Source: an uncultured delta proteobacterium (GTDB lineage: Bacteria; Myxococcota; Kuafuiibacteriia; Kuafuiibacteriales; Kuafuiibacteriaceae). From it: DNA of 64,000 nucleotides. Position 1 is the stretch's first letter, and every line of letters starts with the position of its first letter. The position numbers and the translations under genes are program-made. The stretch is taken from contig CAWDML010000001.1 of the NCBI GenBank assembly GCA_963803435.1, forward strand, positions 2,400,001 through 2,464,000, read 5' to 3'. This document shows, in pieces, positions 51,122 to 64,000 of this stretch. The notes below the pieces were generated by a model that was not told where the DNA came from, did not search any database, and saw only the letters and a list, made by a program, of their open reading frames with translations.

Positions 51122-52705
51122 CTACGCCGGAGCGGCGGCGAAGCTCCGCGGGTCCGCGCTCGCCCAGGACCGGGCGTAGCTGTCCGGCACCTCGCGTCCC
51201 AAGAGCGCCCGATCCTCGAGGTACGGATACAGCTCCGCGTAGTTCCGGATCTCCGTGGGAGTGACCCGGCGGAGGATGTGCCAGCGGCGCAGCTTGCTCG
51301 GGTGGTCCAGCCCGGCGGCGCCGATGAGCTCGAGCAGACTGCTGACGGTCTCCTTCTGAAAACGAGCGACGCGCGGCGCCTTGTCCTCGACGACCAAGCC
51401 CGCCATCAGCTCGGGGCGTTGGGTGGCGACGCCGGTGGGACAGTCGTTGTTGTTGCAGCGCCGCGCCTGGATGCATCCGAGCGCCAGCATCATGGCGCGC
51501 GCGGAGTAGCAGGCGTCGGCGCCGAGGGCGATCGCGCGGGCCATGCTGAAGCCCGTCAAGATCTTTCCGGACGCGAACACGCGCACCCGATCGCGATACC
51601 CGATCCCGCGGAGCGCGTCGTCGACCAGGATCAGGCCTTCGGTAAGCGGACAGCCGAGCGTGTTCGAGAACTCGAGCGGCGCTGCGCCGGTCCCACCCTC
51701 ACCGCCGTCGACCGCGATGTAGTCGGGGTGGAGGCCGCTCTCGTGGATCGCCTTCATGATCGCGAGGAGCTCGCGGCGCTTGCCGACGCACAGCTTGAAG
51801 CCGACCGGCTTGCCGCCCGAGAGCTCGCGCAGCTCCGCAACCAGCTCGAGGAGCCCGAGCGGAGTGGAGAAGGCGCCGTGCGCGGGTGGTGAGATGACGT
51901 CGTGCCCGAGCGGCACGCCGCGGATCTTCGCGATCTCGGGCGTGAGCTTCCGCGCGGGCAGGATCCCGCCGTGCCCGGGCTTCGCGCCCTGCGAAAGCTT
52001 CACCTCGATCATCTTCACCTGCTCGCGCGAGGCGTTCTCGACGAAGCGCTCGCGATCGAAGGCGCCGTCGGAGGCGCGGCAGCCGAAGTAGCCGGTGCCG
52101 ACCTGCCAGATCAGATCGCCGCCCATCAGGTGGTGCTCACTGATCCCGCCCTCGCCGGTGTTGTGGGCGAAGCCGCCGGCCTTCGCGCCCAGGTTCAGCG
52201 CTCGCACCGCGTTTCCGCCCAGCGAGCCGAAGCTCATCGCCGAGACGTTGAGGAGCGATGCCGCGTACGGTTGCTTGCAGGTGGTCTCGCCGATCAGGAT
52301 CCGCGGCACTTCATCGATCGCGACCGGAGCGAGCGAGTGGTTCATCCACTCGTACCCGACCCGATACACGTCGAGCTGTGTGCCGAACGGGACGGTGTCG
52401 AGCTCCCCCTTGGCGCGCTGGTAGACCAGAGACCGATCCTCCCGCGAGAACGGCTTGCCGTCCGTGTTCGACTCGACGAAGTACTGGTTGATCTCCGGAC
52501 GGAGCATCTCCATCAGGTACCGCCCGTGTCCGATCACCGGGAAGTTCCTGCGGATGGCGTGCTTCTTCTGGACCATGTCCCAGAAGCCGACCAGCCCCAC
52601 CGGGACGATCACCAGGAACAGGACCGCAGCCTCGCGCGTGAAGTAGGTTCCGAGAGAAGCCAGCGAGCCCGCGATCGCGAGGCAAAGGACGAAGATCCTT
52701 CTCAT
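51122..52705 (-). CDS. FMN-binding glutamate synthase family protein
   Basis: SAMSFGSL, NTGEGG, EVKLSQGAKPGHGG, DGGEGGTGAAP, LGCIQA..C..N.CPTGVATQ. Confidence 0.92.
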   Translation of the reverse strand: MRRIFVLCLAIAGSLASLGTYFTREAAVLFLVIVPVGLVGFWDMVQKKHAIRRNFPVIGHGRYLMEMLRPEINQYFVESNTDGKPFSREDRSLVYQRAKGELDTVPFGTQLDVYRVGYEWMNHSLAPVAIDEVPRILIGETTCKQPYAASLLNVSAMSFGSLGGNAVRALNLGAKAGGFAHNTGEGGISEHHLMGGDLIWQVGTGYFGCRASDGAFDRERFVENASREQVKMIEVKLSQGAKPGHGGILPARKLTPEIAKIRGVPLGHDVISPPAHGAFSTPLGLLELVAELRELSGGKPVGFKLCVGKRRELLAIMKAIHESGLHPDYIAVDGGEGGTGAAPLEFSNTLGCPLTEGLILVDDALRGIGYRDRVRVFASGKILTGFSMARAIALGADACYSARAMMLALGCIQARRCNNNDCPTGVATQRPELMAGLVVEDKAPRVARFQKETVSSLLELIGAAGLDHPSKLRRWHILRRVTPTEIRNYAELYPYLEDRALLGREVPDSYARSWASADPRSFAAAPA

Positions 52706-52801
52706 CTGCGCGCGCGAGTCTATCTCCCAAGTCTGGAGATCTGGAAAGTGGACGCTCCGAATGTGGTACCCTGTCGGCGCGTGGCCGCGCGAACGTCCTT
52801 G

Positions 52802-55800
52802 ATGCTCCTGCTCCTCGGCGGATGCGCGAACGGCGCCGGGATGTATCGTGCGGGTCAGCAGGCCTACGCGAGCGGACAGCTCGAAGAGGCCCGCGCGGCC
52901 TACGAGGAGGCGGTGCGCGCAGAGCCCAAGAACGCTCAGTATCGTCACGCGCTCGACGCGGTCACCGGTGAGCTGACCTCGAGCCTCGAGGCGCAGGCGA
53001 ACGCCAGCGAGCAGCGGCACGAGTGGCTGGCCGCGTCCCGCAGCTGGGCTCAGGCCGCCGAGCTGGTACCGGAGAAAGAGGACTACGCGGTGCGCCGCGA
53101 TCTCACGCTCCTCAAGTCACAGGACCTCGATCCCGACGCCTGGTTCCACGGAGTGAGCGAGGTCGCCGCGCACCACCCGAAGCACGAGATCGTGCGGCGC
53201 ACGCTCGAGAAGGCCGAGAAGCAGGCGTACCTGTTCCAGGTCGGGTTGGCCAAGCGCGAGATCGGGCTGCGCCACTATGCCAAGGCCGTCGAGCACCTCG
53301 ACGCGGCGCTGAGGATCGATCCCCAGCACCCCGGCCTCTCCGACGCCGATCTCAACCGAGCGCACGCGCTCGCGCTGGTCGAAGAGGGCGATGCGCTGGT
53401 GGAGCAGGACAACCCGGTCGCGGCGGCCGAGCGCTTCCAGAGCGCCTATGCGCTGATGCCGGCGGCCAGCATCAAGCGCAAGCTCGAGCGGACCCGGTCC
53501 CGGGCGCGCGAGCTGATCGGGACGCTGGAGGCGGCCCGCAAGCACGCGGCCCGCGGCAACTACGCCACCGCCGTCAAGCTGTACTCGAAGCTGGTGCGGA
53601 TGGAGGGCGCGCCGCCCGAGGCGGTCAAGGAGCTGTCCGAGCTCGAGCGGAAGATCATCGCGGACGTGGCGGCCGCCGCGAAGGGTGCGGTCGACCGCGG
53701 CGACCTGCGCGCGGCCCACGACTACCTGGCGCGCGGCCTCGCCCAGCTCCACCTCGGCCGTGAGTCGCGGTCGCTGGCCAAGGCCGGCCTCGATCGGATC
53801 GAGCGCGGCGAGCCCGCCACCGGTCTGGAGACGATCGAGAAGGCGAAGATCCCCGAGTCGGGGGCGTCGCTCTCGGCGGCGATCAGCGCCTACGCGCTGG
53901 CGGTGGCGAAGACGCGCGCGGCCGAGCTGGGCGAGGTGGCCAAGCGCGATCCGGCAGCGGCCCGCCGCCTCGCGGAGGAGCTGGAGCCTTTCCGCAGCTC
54001 GATCCCGGAGATCGGGGAGCTCGATCGAACGCTGCAGCTGGGGACGTTCATCGCCGAGATCGATTCGGGCGACCGAGTCGGCCCGACGTGGAGACGATTG
54101 AGCCGCGGCCGAGGCCCTGATGAAGGCGCTCGCGATGAGCCAAGCGCCGCAGGAGATCCGCGATCCGATCCGGAGCGGCTGCCAGGCGCTCGCCAAGCAG
54201 AGCTACGCCGAGTCGGAGCGGGCGTTCCTCGAGGTGAAGGCGCGCGAGCCTCGCTCGCGGCTCGCGAACGCCGGGGTCGAGATCGCACGGATCCGTCGCG
54301 AGGAGGTCGAGCAGCGAGCGCTGGCGGCGCTGGAGAAGGACGACGGAGGCGCGGCGCGGGCGGTCAGCGTCCTCGAGTCGTCGGTCGGGCTCGAGCCCGA
54401 GTCTCCCTACCTGATCAAAGCTCGCGAGACGCTGCTGGCCCGGCTGACCCCCAGCGTCAGCGACCGGCAGGCGGCCGAGCTCATCGGGCTGGCAGCGCGG
54501 CTGAGCGGGCTCGCGCCCTCGGCGCTGGCGGCCCTCTCGGAGGGCGCGAAGCAGCTCGAGAGCGGCGCCTACCAGCGCTCGGAGCGCGCCTTCGCCACCG
54601 CGCTCGAACACGCGCCTGAGGCGAAGGTCGCCGCCCGCGGTCTCGAGCTCACCGCCGCGCGCCGATCGCGGGAGGTCGAGGTGGCCCGCTCGGCCCAGCA
54701 GGCCGAGGCCGACGCGATCCGGAAGCGGATCGCCGAGGCCGACGCCAAGGTCGAGAGCAAGGACTGGAACGGCGCGCTGGCGATGTACGAGCGGATCGCG
54801 CGCGAGCCGGGTGCACCCCCGCTCGAGGCCAAGATCGCCGCCGCCGAGGCGGGCATGATCGCGGAGGTGCTCGAACGGGCGGACCGTGCCTCGGAGCACG
54901 GGCAGTGGGAGCCCGCCCAGAGAGCCCTCACCGAGGCGCTCGAGCGCCTGCATGCGGACGAGGCAGCCAAGGCGAAGGCGAAGAGCGGCCTCGATCGGAT
55001 CGCGGGCGGGTCGCCAGGCCAAGGCATCCAGCACGTGCGCGGGGCCGGGCTGACCTCAGCGCCCTTCCTCGCAAGCGTGGAGCGCTTCGCCGCGATGATG
55101 GCCGAGGCCCAGCTCGAGGCGGCCCGCAAGATCGCGGACAAGGATCCGAATCGCGCCTCCGAGATATTGCGCGAGCTCTCCCCCTTCGAGGCGAGCCTCG
55201 CGGGCATCCGCGAGCTGCGGAAGAAGCTCAAGGTCGACGTCTTCACCCAGAAGCTCGAGCGGGCACAGCTGGCGGCCGAGGCGGACAACAGGTCGGAGGC
55301 CGTGCGCGTCCTGGAGGACGCGGTCGACGCGGGCAAGGCGCCCCCGGCGCTCAAGCGCGGTGTGCTGGCCGGTTGCGCCGCGTTGAAGCAGGAGCAGTGG
55401 ATCGAGGCGGAGAAGGCGTTCAGCGACGCGCTGGGGGCGTCGCCGGAGTCGAGGATCGCGGACTACGCGCTCGACGTCGCCCGCACGTTCCGCCGGCGGG
55501 CCGAGACCCGCGCGCTCGACACCATCCGCAGGGACAAGCCAGGCGTGAGCGAAGCTGTGGCCGTGCTGGCGGCGTCGCGCGAGATCGAACCTGCCGATCC
55601 GGTGCGGGCCGACGCCGCCAAGGTCCTGCTCGATCGGCTCAAGCGGACCAAGCGTCTCTCCAACGGCGGTGCGGCCGAGCTGATCGGCCTGATCGCCCGG
55701 CTCGAGGGCGACGGCGAGGTGGGCCGCGGCGCCGAGGCGCTTCGGGCCGGCGATCACGCCGCGGCGGCCGCCGCCTTCAGCGGAGTGCTGGCGAAGGACC

Positions 55801-56966
55801 CGCGGCGGGAGATCGCGAAGATCGGGCTGTCCCGATCGCAGGCCAGCTTGACGGAGGGGGTGGCCAAGGGAGACGTGCCGATCGAGAACGAAGCGACCGC
55901 CCTGGTGCTCCGCTCGCTGCTCGATCGCCGTCCCCAGGACGAAGACCTGCAGGCGACGCTCGAGAAGCTGGTGCTCCGCGTGAAGGTGGCGCCGAGCCCC
56001 GAAGCCGCCGGCAAGTACCTGGGGCTGGCGGCGGTCGCGGGCGGAGTGAAGGGACCGCTGCGAGAGAGCGTCGACTCCGGCGCCGGTGCGCTTTCGCGCG
56101 GCGACCTCGAGGAGGCCGCGCGATCCCTCAGCCGCGCGGTCGAGATCGATCCGTCCAACGCGATCGCGCGCGCCGGCTTCGAAGCCGCCAAGGAGGCGAA
56201 GAAGTCCGACCTGGTGAAGCGGATCGTGGCGGAGGCGCAGGTGGGCCACGACGATCGCGTGAAGGCAGCGCTGGCGAAGAAGCTCGACGAAGGCGGCACG
56301 GTGCTCGAGGTCATGCTGAACGAGGCCGCCCGGCTCGCGAGCCTCGGCCACGATCTGGAAGCCTCCAAGATCCTGGATGCAGCCAACGCGGGAACCGAGG
56401 GGAGCGCCAAGGTCGGGGTGCGGCGGGCCAACGATCTCCTGGCCGCGGGCAAGCACCAAGAGGCGGAGAAGGCGTACGCGGCGCTGTCCGAGGCGTCGGA
56501 GGTGGCGGAGGCGGGCGAAAAGATCGCGTTCACCCGGCACATCCAGAAGCTGCTGGAGGGCGTGCGCGCGCTGGCCCGGCTCGAAGATCTCGACAACAGC
56601 GCGAAGGCGGCCGCCGAGATCTTCGCCATCGATCCGCGAGACTCCGACGTCAAGCGCGCGCTCGAACAGCTCTACGCCCACGCCGAGAAGTCCGCCAAGG
56701 CGAACGACACGGACGAGATGATTCGCGCGCTCTCGATCGCGGCGCTGGTGATCGGGCGGACCCAGGAGCTCGGTGCACCGCTGCGCGCACTCCGCGGCGG
56801 CCAGTCGGCGCAGGCCTCGGAGATGCTGCGGAAGATCGGCGCGGAGTTCGCCCAGGAGTCGGAGGACGAGGAGACCGCCGAGCGCGAGCCCGTGGTCACG
56901 TTCACCGAACACGCGCGCCGAGCGCTGGGGACCTCCAGGACGGAGGTCTCAGCAGGCAAGCCGTGA
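52802..56966 (+). CDS. Very large TPR-like helical lipoprotein with ~400-aa internal duplication; frameshift around 54060-54110
   Basis: Lipobox LGGC; TPR-like helices; AK.GLDRI and AAELIGL.ARL recur about 1200 nt apart; start may be slightly upstream. Confidence 0.7.
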
Positions 56967-56969
56967 GGC

Positions 56970-57944
56970 TCACGCCATCAGCGGGAGATCGATTCGGAAG
57001 ACGGTGCCGTCCGGGCCGGTGCGTTCGAGCGTGAGCTGACAGCCCGACTCGTCCGCAGACCGGCGCACCGCCGCCAGCCCCAGGCCGCGCTGTTCTCCCT
57101 TGCTGCTCGTGCCGGCCTCGAACACCTGATCGAGGAGGTCCGATGGGATACCGGGTCCGTCGTCGCGCACCCAGACCGAGACCGACGACTCGCCCGCCTT
57201 CACGCTGACCACCACGTGCCCCCCGTTCATCGCCTCGCAGGCGTTGAGCACCAGGTTCACGATGATACGCTCGAACGACGCCCGATCGCCGCAGGCCGAC
57301 GGCAGCTCGGACACCCGATCGAGGGCGAGCTCGGTGGGGATGGTGGCGCGGCGCAGCCACGGGATCAGTTCGTCGAGCACCTCCCCGACGGCGAGCGCGC
57401 CCAGGCGCAGATCGCCCGGGTTGGCCCAATCGTGGAGGCGCCGCGACAGCTCACGACCATGGATGAGCGCACGCTCGGCCTGCTCCAGGATCTCGGGCGT
57501 GTCGTCGCCACCGAGCCGAACGAGATCGAGGCAGGCCTGCAGCACCGAGAGGACGTTGTTGATGTCGTGGCCGAGCACGGCGGCGACCTGGCCCCGCAAG
57601 CCGGCGAGGCGCTTGCCGATTCGACTGACGCGCACCTGACCGAGAAGCGCGCCGCTCTCGACCACCGGCACCCAGTCGATGCTGTGTGGGCGCGCGAGCA
57701 CCTCGGAGATCCGCGTCGACCGCTGGATCGGCGGCACGGCCAGCAGCGGCAGATCGATCAGCCGGCGGCTCTGCGCGTGACCCACGGCGTTCCGCGGCGC
57801 CAGGCAGCTCCAGGAGCCATCGAGCTCGAGATAGACCGGACGCCCCTGATCGAGCAGCGGCAGCGCCTCGCTGAGCGTGGCGTACGGCCCGAAGGCGATC
57901 GCCTCCTCGAGGAAGCGCTCGACCGTGGCGTCCGGCAGCGTCAC
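56970..57944 (-). CDS. Sensor histidine kinase with N-terminal CBS-like region
   Basis: GHDINNVL, NLVLNACEA, DDGPGI, GLGL; PVVE.G.LLG CBS-like; GTGA coupling. Confidence 0.85.
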   Translation of the reverse strand: MTLPDATVERFLEEAIAFGPYATLSEALPLLDQGRPVYLELDGSWSCLAPRNAVGHAQSRRLIDLPLLAVPPIQRSTRISEVLARPHSIDWVPVVESGALLGQVRVSRIGKRLAGLRGQVAAVLGHDINNVLSVLQACLDLVRLGGDDTPEILEQAERALIHGRELSRRLHDWANPGDLRLGALAVGEVLDELIPWLRRATIPTELALDRVSELPSACGDRASFERIIVNLVLNACEAMNGGHVVVSVKAGESSVSVWVRDDGPGIPSDLLDQVFEAGTSSKGEQRGLGLAAVRRSADESGCQLTLERTGPDGTVFRIDLPLMA

Positions 57945-58351
57945 AGCTCCAGCTGTTCCTTGATGACCAGCTCGATCTCCAGGGCGACGTGTAGAGTATC
58001 GTCGGACTCCATCGCGCCCTCGGAGTGCCTGATCAAGAACGCGATGAGCTTCTCGCGGGGGACTCGGCGGAGGTGGGAGACGTTCACCAGGATCGACTCG
58101 ATCACCGGATGCGTCACGTCGATGCGCTCGAAGCCGCCGGGCAGCATCTCTTGCAGCGCCTTCTCGATCGCCTTCGGGCCGATGTGGGCGCGCTTGCCGA
58201 TGATCAGCGCGCTCTCGACCGGCGGCAACCGGAAGCGGCTCAGCCGGCAGTCGATGGAGACCGTTCGGCGGGGAGAAGAGATTGTCGAGGACACATCGTG
58301 CGACACGGCCGGCGATGCTAGGTCGTCCGTGTGTCGCAGTCCATGGCTCAA
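57941..58351 (-). CDS. Hypothetical protein coupled to the kinase (start uncertain)
   Basis: Protein-like composition from IDCRLSRFRLPP onward; stop overlaps the kinase start. Confidence 0.55.
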   Translation of the reverse strand: MSHGLRHTDDLASPAVSHDVSSTISSPRRTVSIDCRLSRFRLPPVESALIIGKRAHIGPKAIEKALQEMLPGGFERIDVTHPVIESILVNVSHLRRVPREKLIAFLIRHSEGAMESDDTLHVALEIELVIKEQLEL

Positions 58352-58725
58352 GGGAGATCCGAGAAACGGCTCCAGCCGCGCTCGAGCTCGTCGAGTGCGT
58401 CGGCGAGATCATCCTCATCGCCGTCCTCGATCGCGCGCTGCACGCGCGCCAGGTCGGTCTTCAAGCGATCCACGAGATCGGAGGACGCGTGCTGGCCCCA
58501 TAGTGCGATCGACTGCTCGCCGGCGGCGCACAGCACGCGGGCCAGCGTGGCAAGATCCGAGAACCAGACCTCGTCCTCGTCCGGCAGCTCACCCGGGAGG
58601 CTCCAGGGCGCGACCGTGACGCGCGTCGCAGGCACCATCTCCTCGCCGCAGTACATGCAACGGTCGATGACGCCCGGGATCGGGCGACGGCATCCCGAGC
58701 ATCGCACGTGATCGCACGTCAACAT
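58348..58725 (-). CDS. Small Zn-ribbon protein
   Basis: CSGC..CMYCG. Confidence 0.55.
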   Translation of the reverse strand: MLTCDHVRCSGCRRPIPGVIDRCMYCGEEMVPATRVTVAPWSLPGELPDEDEVWFSDLATLARVLCAAGEQSIALWGQHASSDLVDRLKTDLARVQRAIEDGDEDDLADALDELERGWSRFSDLP

Positions 58726-59150
58726 CGCCGCTCTTCTAACATCATTCGCGAGGACTGTCCTCCGGAGACTCGAGCCGCATCATGCGGATCAGCTCCCAGA
58801 GAGCCCTAGCAGTTCCTGCGTGCACGCTTGCCTCACCTGCGTAGCCGAAGATCGCGACCGCCGTCCGCTCCTTCGCGCGCCGCGCCCACACGCCGTGCAC
58901 GAGAGTTCAATCCAACATCCGGCACCGCGCGATCTCTTCCGGAGGCTGGCTCGAAATCAGCGAGCGCTCGGTCGTGACCATTGGGCCATCGTGGTGGTGC
59001 CGACCGCAAGGTGCGCAGGGTCGATCTCTGCCCAGCCGCTCGGAGCGCGTTCGAGATCGTGACCTGCACCAGAGTGGACCCCCACGAGCGGTCCAGGAAC
59101 AATCTAGCCCCGATGGGATCCAGAATGAAGCTCGGCGGACGGGCGCGACG

Positions 59151-59984
59151 ATGAGGCTGACGCTGGCGGGGCATCAGGTGGAGGCGGTCTCCGTCGGCGG
59201 CGTGGAGACCTGCTTTCAGCTCCCAGAGTTCGACGTCTGCCTCGACATCGGTCGCTGCCCGCCGGGCGCCGAGCTGAGGAGCCGCGTGCTGCTCACTCAT
59301 GCGCACATCGATCATGCCGCCGGCCTGCCCTACTACGTCTCGATGCGCGCGCTCACCGGGATGAAGCCGCCGTCGATCTGGTGCCCGAAGGCGAGCCACC
59401 CGGCGCTCGCGCGGCTGCTCGCCGTCTGGACCGAGATGCAGGCCGACGCTGAGCGATGCACGCTGACGCCGGTCGAGCCCGGGGATCGGATCGAGCTGGG
59501 GAAGAGCGCGTACGCCCAGGTCTTCCGGTCACCGCATCGGATCGCCTGTGCGGGATACACGCTCTTTCGGAGGAAGAAGAAGCTGCGCGAGGACCTCGAG
59601 CATCTGCCCCCGGAGGAGATCGGAGAGCGTGCACGGAGCGGCGAGGAGGTGAACCGGATCGTGGAGCAGGCCGAAGTCTGCTATCCGGGCGACACGATGG
59701 CCGACGTGATCGACACCGAGCCCACGGTGACGAAGGCCCGCCTGCTGCTGCTGGAGTGCACGTTCTTCTCGCCGAAGGTGGATGTCCGCAAGGCGCGTCG
59801 GAGCGGGCACATCCACTTCGATGAGCTGGCGGCCCGGGCCGACAAGTTCGAAAACGAGCTGATCCTACTGACCCACTTCTCGCGCCGGCACGCCCGCGGG
59901 GAGGCCGAAGCGGCGGTGGACAGCCTCCCGAAGGAGCTCAAGAGACGAATACGGCTCTTATTTCATGATCCTGGGCCCCTATGA
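59151..59984 (+). CDS. MBL-fold hydrolase, RNase Z-like
   Basis: DIG, THAHIDH, H.I...GY, GDT, LECTF, GHIH, THFSRR. Confidence 0.85.
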   Translation: MRLTLAGHQVEAVSVGGVETCFQLPEFDVCLDIGRCPPGAELRSRVLLTHAHIDHAAGLPYYVSMRALTGMKPPSIWCPKASHPALARLLAVWTEMQADAERCTLTPVEPGDRIELGKSAYAQVFRSPHRIACAGYTLFRRKKKLREDLEHLPPEEIGERARSGEEVNRIVEQAEVCYPGDTMADVIDTEPTVTKARLLLLECTFFSPKVDVRKARRSGHIHFDELAARADKFENELILLTHFSRRHARGEAEAAVDSLPKELKRRIRLLFHDPGPL

Positions 59985-59993
59985 AAGAGGCGC

Positions 59994-61658
<1,665 letters not shown>

Positions 61659-61710
61659 CTAGCGGATTCTGGACCCGTAGACCATCGCTAATGCGGTACG
61701 ATGGGCCTCC

Positions 61711-62766
<1,056 letters not shown>

Positions 62767-62859
62767 GCGGCCGCCGGGATCGTCCGTTCGGTTTTCGAGG
62801 AGGTCCGGTTTTCGGACGGACAGCGCCGGACGAACCGGTGAACCGAGTGAGCGCGCGGC

Positions 62860-62874
62860 TGGTACGCGTGTTGC
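62860..62874 (+). promoter_or_regulatory. Sigma54 promoter of the protease gene
   Basis: TGGTACGCGTGTTGC, near consensus, 12 nt before ATG 62887. Confidence 0.7.
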
Positions 62875-62886
62875 CAGGCGTCGCGC

Positions 62887-63639
62887 ATGCTCGAAAAACT
62901 TCGACTCGTTCCCCTCTCTCTCTTGCTCCTGATCGGATGCCGCGGCCCGGAGGAGACGCGCGCGACCGAGGACCCGATCACCGGCGGTCGCATCGACCGC
63001 TCGCACGAGGCCGTCGGACAGGTCGGCGCCTTCGACGGTGACGCCGTCGGGTTCTTCTGCACCGGCACGCTGGTAGGACCGAAGACCGTCGTCACCGCCG
63101 CGCACTGTCTGTTCGACGGCGCGCGACGGGTCTATGCGCCCGAGCTCGCGTTCGAGGTCGGCGGCGTCGTGCATCGCATCGCCCGCTCGAGCGTCAACCC
63201 GGGGTACGATCCCGGCCGCGACGAGGGTTGGGAGGACGCGGCGATCCTCCGCCTCGAGGAGGCTTCCGAGGTGGGAGCGATCCCGGTCTCCATCGATCCG
63301 CCGCTCGAAGGGGTCGAGGCCGACGTGGTCGGCTTCGGCGTCACGCGCGCCAGCGGGCCCGGACAGGGCGTCGGGTCCGGCCGACGGCGCCACGCTCGGA
63401 TCGCGCTGGGCCTCGTCACGGATCGCGAGATCTTCTACGACGCCTCCGCGAGCGGCGCCTGCTACGGCGACTCGGGCGGACCGATCCTCCAGAACGGCGC
63501 GCTGGTCGGCGTGACCTCGCGAGGAACCGGCGTGGACTGCCACGGGATCGACGTCGCCCAGCGGGCGGATGTCCTCAGCGTCTGGATCGGCGGCGCCAGC
63601 GGCCGCGACGCCTGCATCGGCTGGTGCGACGAGGAGTGA
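62887..63639 (+). CDS. Trypsin-like (S1) serine protease lipoprotein
   Basis: Lipobox LIGC; CTGTL, TAAHC, D.AILRL, CYGDSGGP. Confidence 0.9.
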   Translation: MLEKLRLVPLSLLLLIGCRGPEETRATEDPITGGRIDRSHEAVGQVGAFDGDAVGFFCTGTLVGPKTVVTAAHCLFDGARRVYAPELAFEVGGVVHRIARSSVNPGYDPGRDEGWEDAAILRLEEASEVGAIPVSIDPPLEGVEADVVGFGVTRASGPGQGVGSGRRRHARIALGLVTDREIFYDASASGACYGDSGGPILQNGALVGVTSRGTGVDCHGIDVAQRADVLSVWIGGASGRDACIGWCDEE

Positions 63640-63651
63640 TCCCGGCGCGCG

Positions 63652-64000
63652 TCAGAGCGCGCTCATCGCGTGGAAGCCGCAGTCGACGTGGAGAATCTCG
63701 CCGGTGATCGAGCGGGCCAGCGGCGAGCAGAGGAAGAGCGTGGCGTCGGCGACGTCCTGACCGGTGATCTCGCGGCGCAGCGGGCTCTTCGCCTTCGCGA
63801 TCTCGATCATCGAGTCGATCGCTCCGATAGAGCGGGCGGCGCGGGAGGCGTAGGGCCCGGCGCTGATCAGGTTCACACGAACGTCGTGCTCACCGACGTG
63901 CCAGGAGAGCGTGCGGGCGTCGCACTCGAGCGAGGCCTTCGCGGAGGCCATCCCGCCTCCGTAGCCTTGGGTGACGCGGGTGGACGCAAGATAGGTGAGG
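63652..64000 (-). CDS. fabI: Enoyl-ACP reductase, C-terminal part (5' end outside window)
   Basis: YGGGMASAKASLE, VRVNLISAGP..SRAA, TGEILHVD.G. Confidence 0.85.
   Translation of the reverse strand, partial: LTYLASTRVTQGYGGGMASAKASLECDARTLSWHVGEHDVRVNLISAGPYASRAARSIGAIDSMIEIAKAKSPLRREITGQDVADATLFLCSPLARSITGEILHVDCGFHAMSAL

Overview
High-GC, gene-dense window with myxobacterial (Myxococcota-like) hallmarks: a MYXO-CTERM surface protein, several Ser/Thr kinases with PEGA domains, an FHA-sigma54 activator, a PilZ-like/Hsp70 fusion and Cys-rich repeat lipoproteins. About 48 CDS can be supported. About 8 of them, including housekeeping genes, are broken by apparent frameshifts that look like sequencing or assembly errors. 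The main points of interest are: (1) an isolated type III secretion export-gate module (SctX-like, SctY/SycD-like, SctV) sharing back-to-back sigma54-type promoters with a calpain-like protein whose catalytic Cys is Ser, plus a separate ORF with a T3SS filament/tip-like C-terminus; (2) two complementary deletion derivatives of one IS1182-family element that carries a four-helix-bundle gene, has ~70-bp hexamer-repeat terminal inverted repeats and sits at CTAG sites overlapping TAG stop codons; (3) six GG-N10-GC/GA promoter candidates, four of them 12-13 nt before start codons; (4) unusual architectures: rhodanese-YggX fusion, split DUF4331 pair, and a pseudokinase-kinase with repeated short linker motifs. 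No rRNA, tRNA or CRISPR array was seen. All family assignments come from motif recognition by eye, not database searches.
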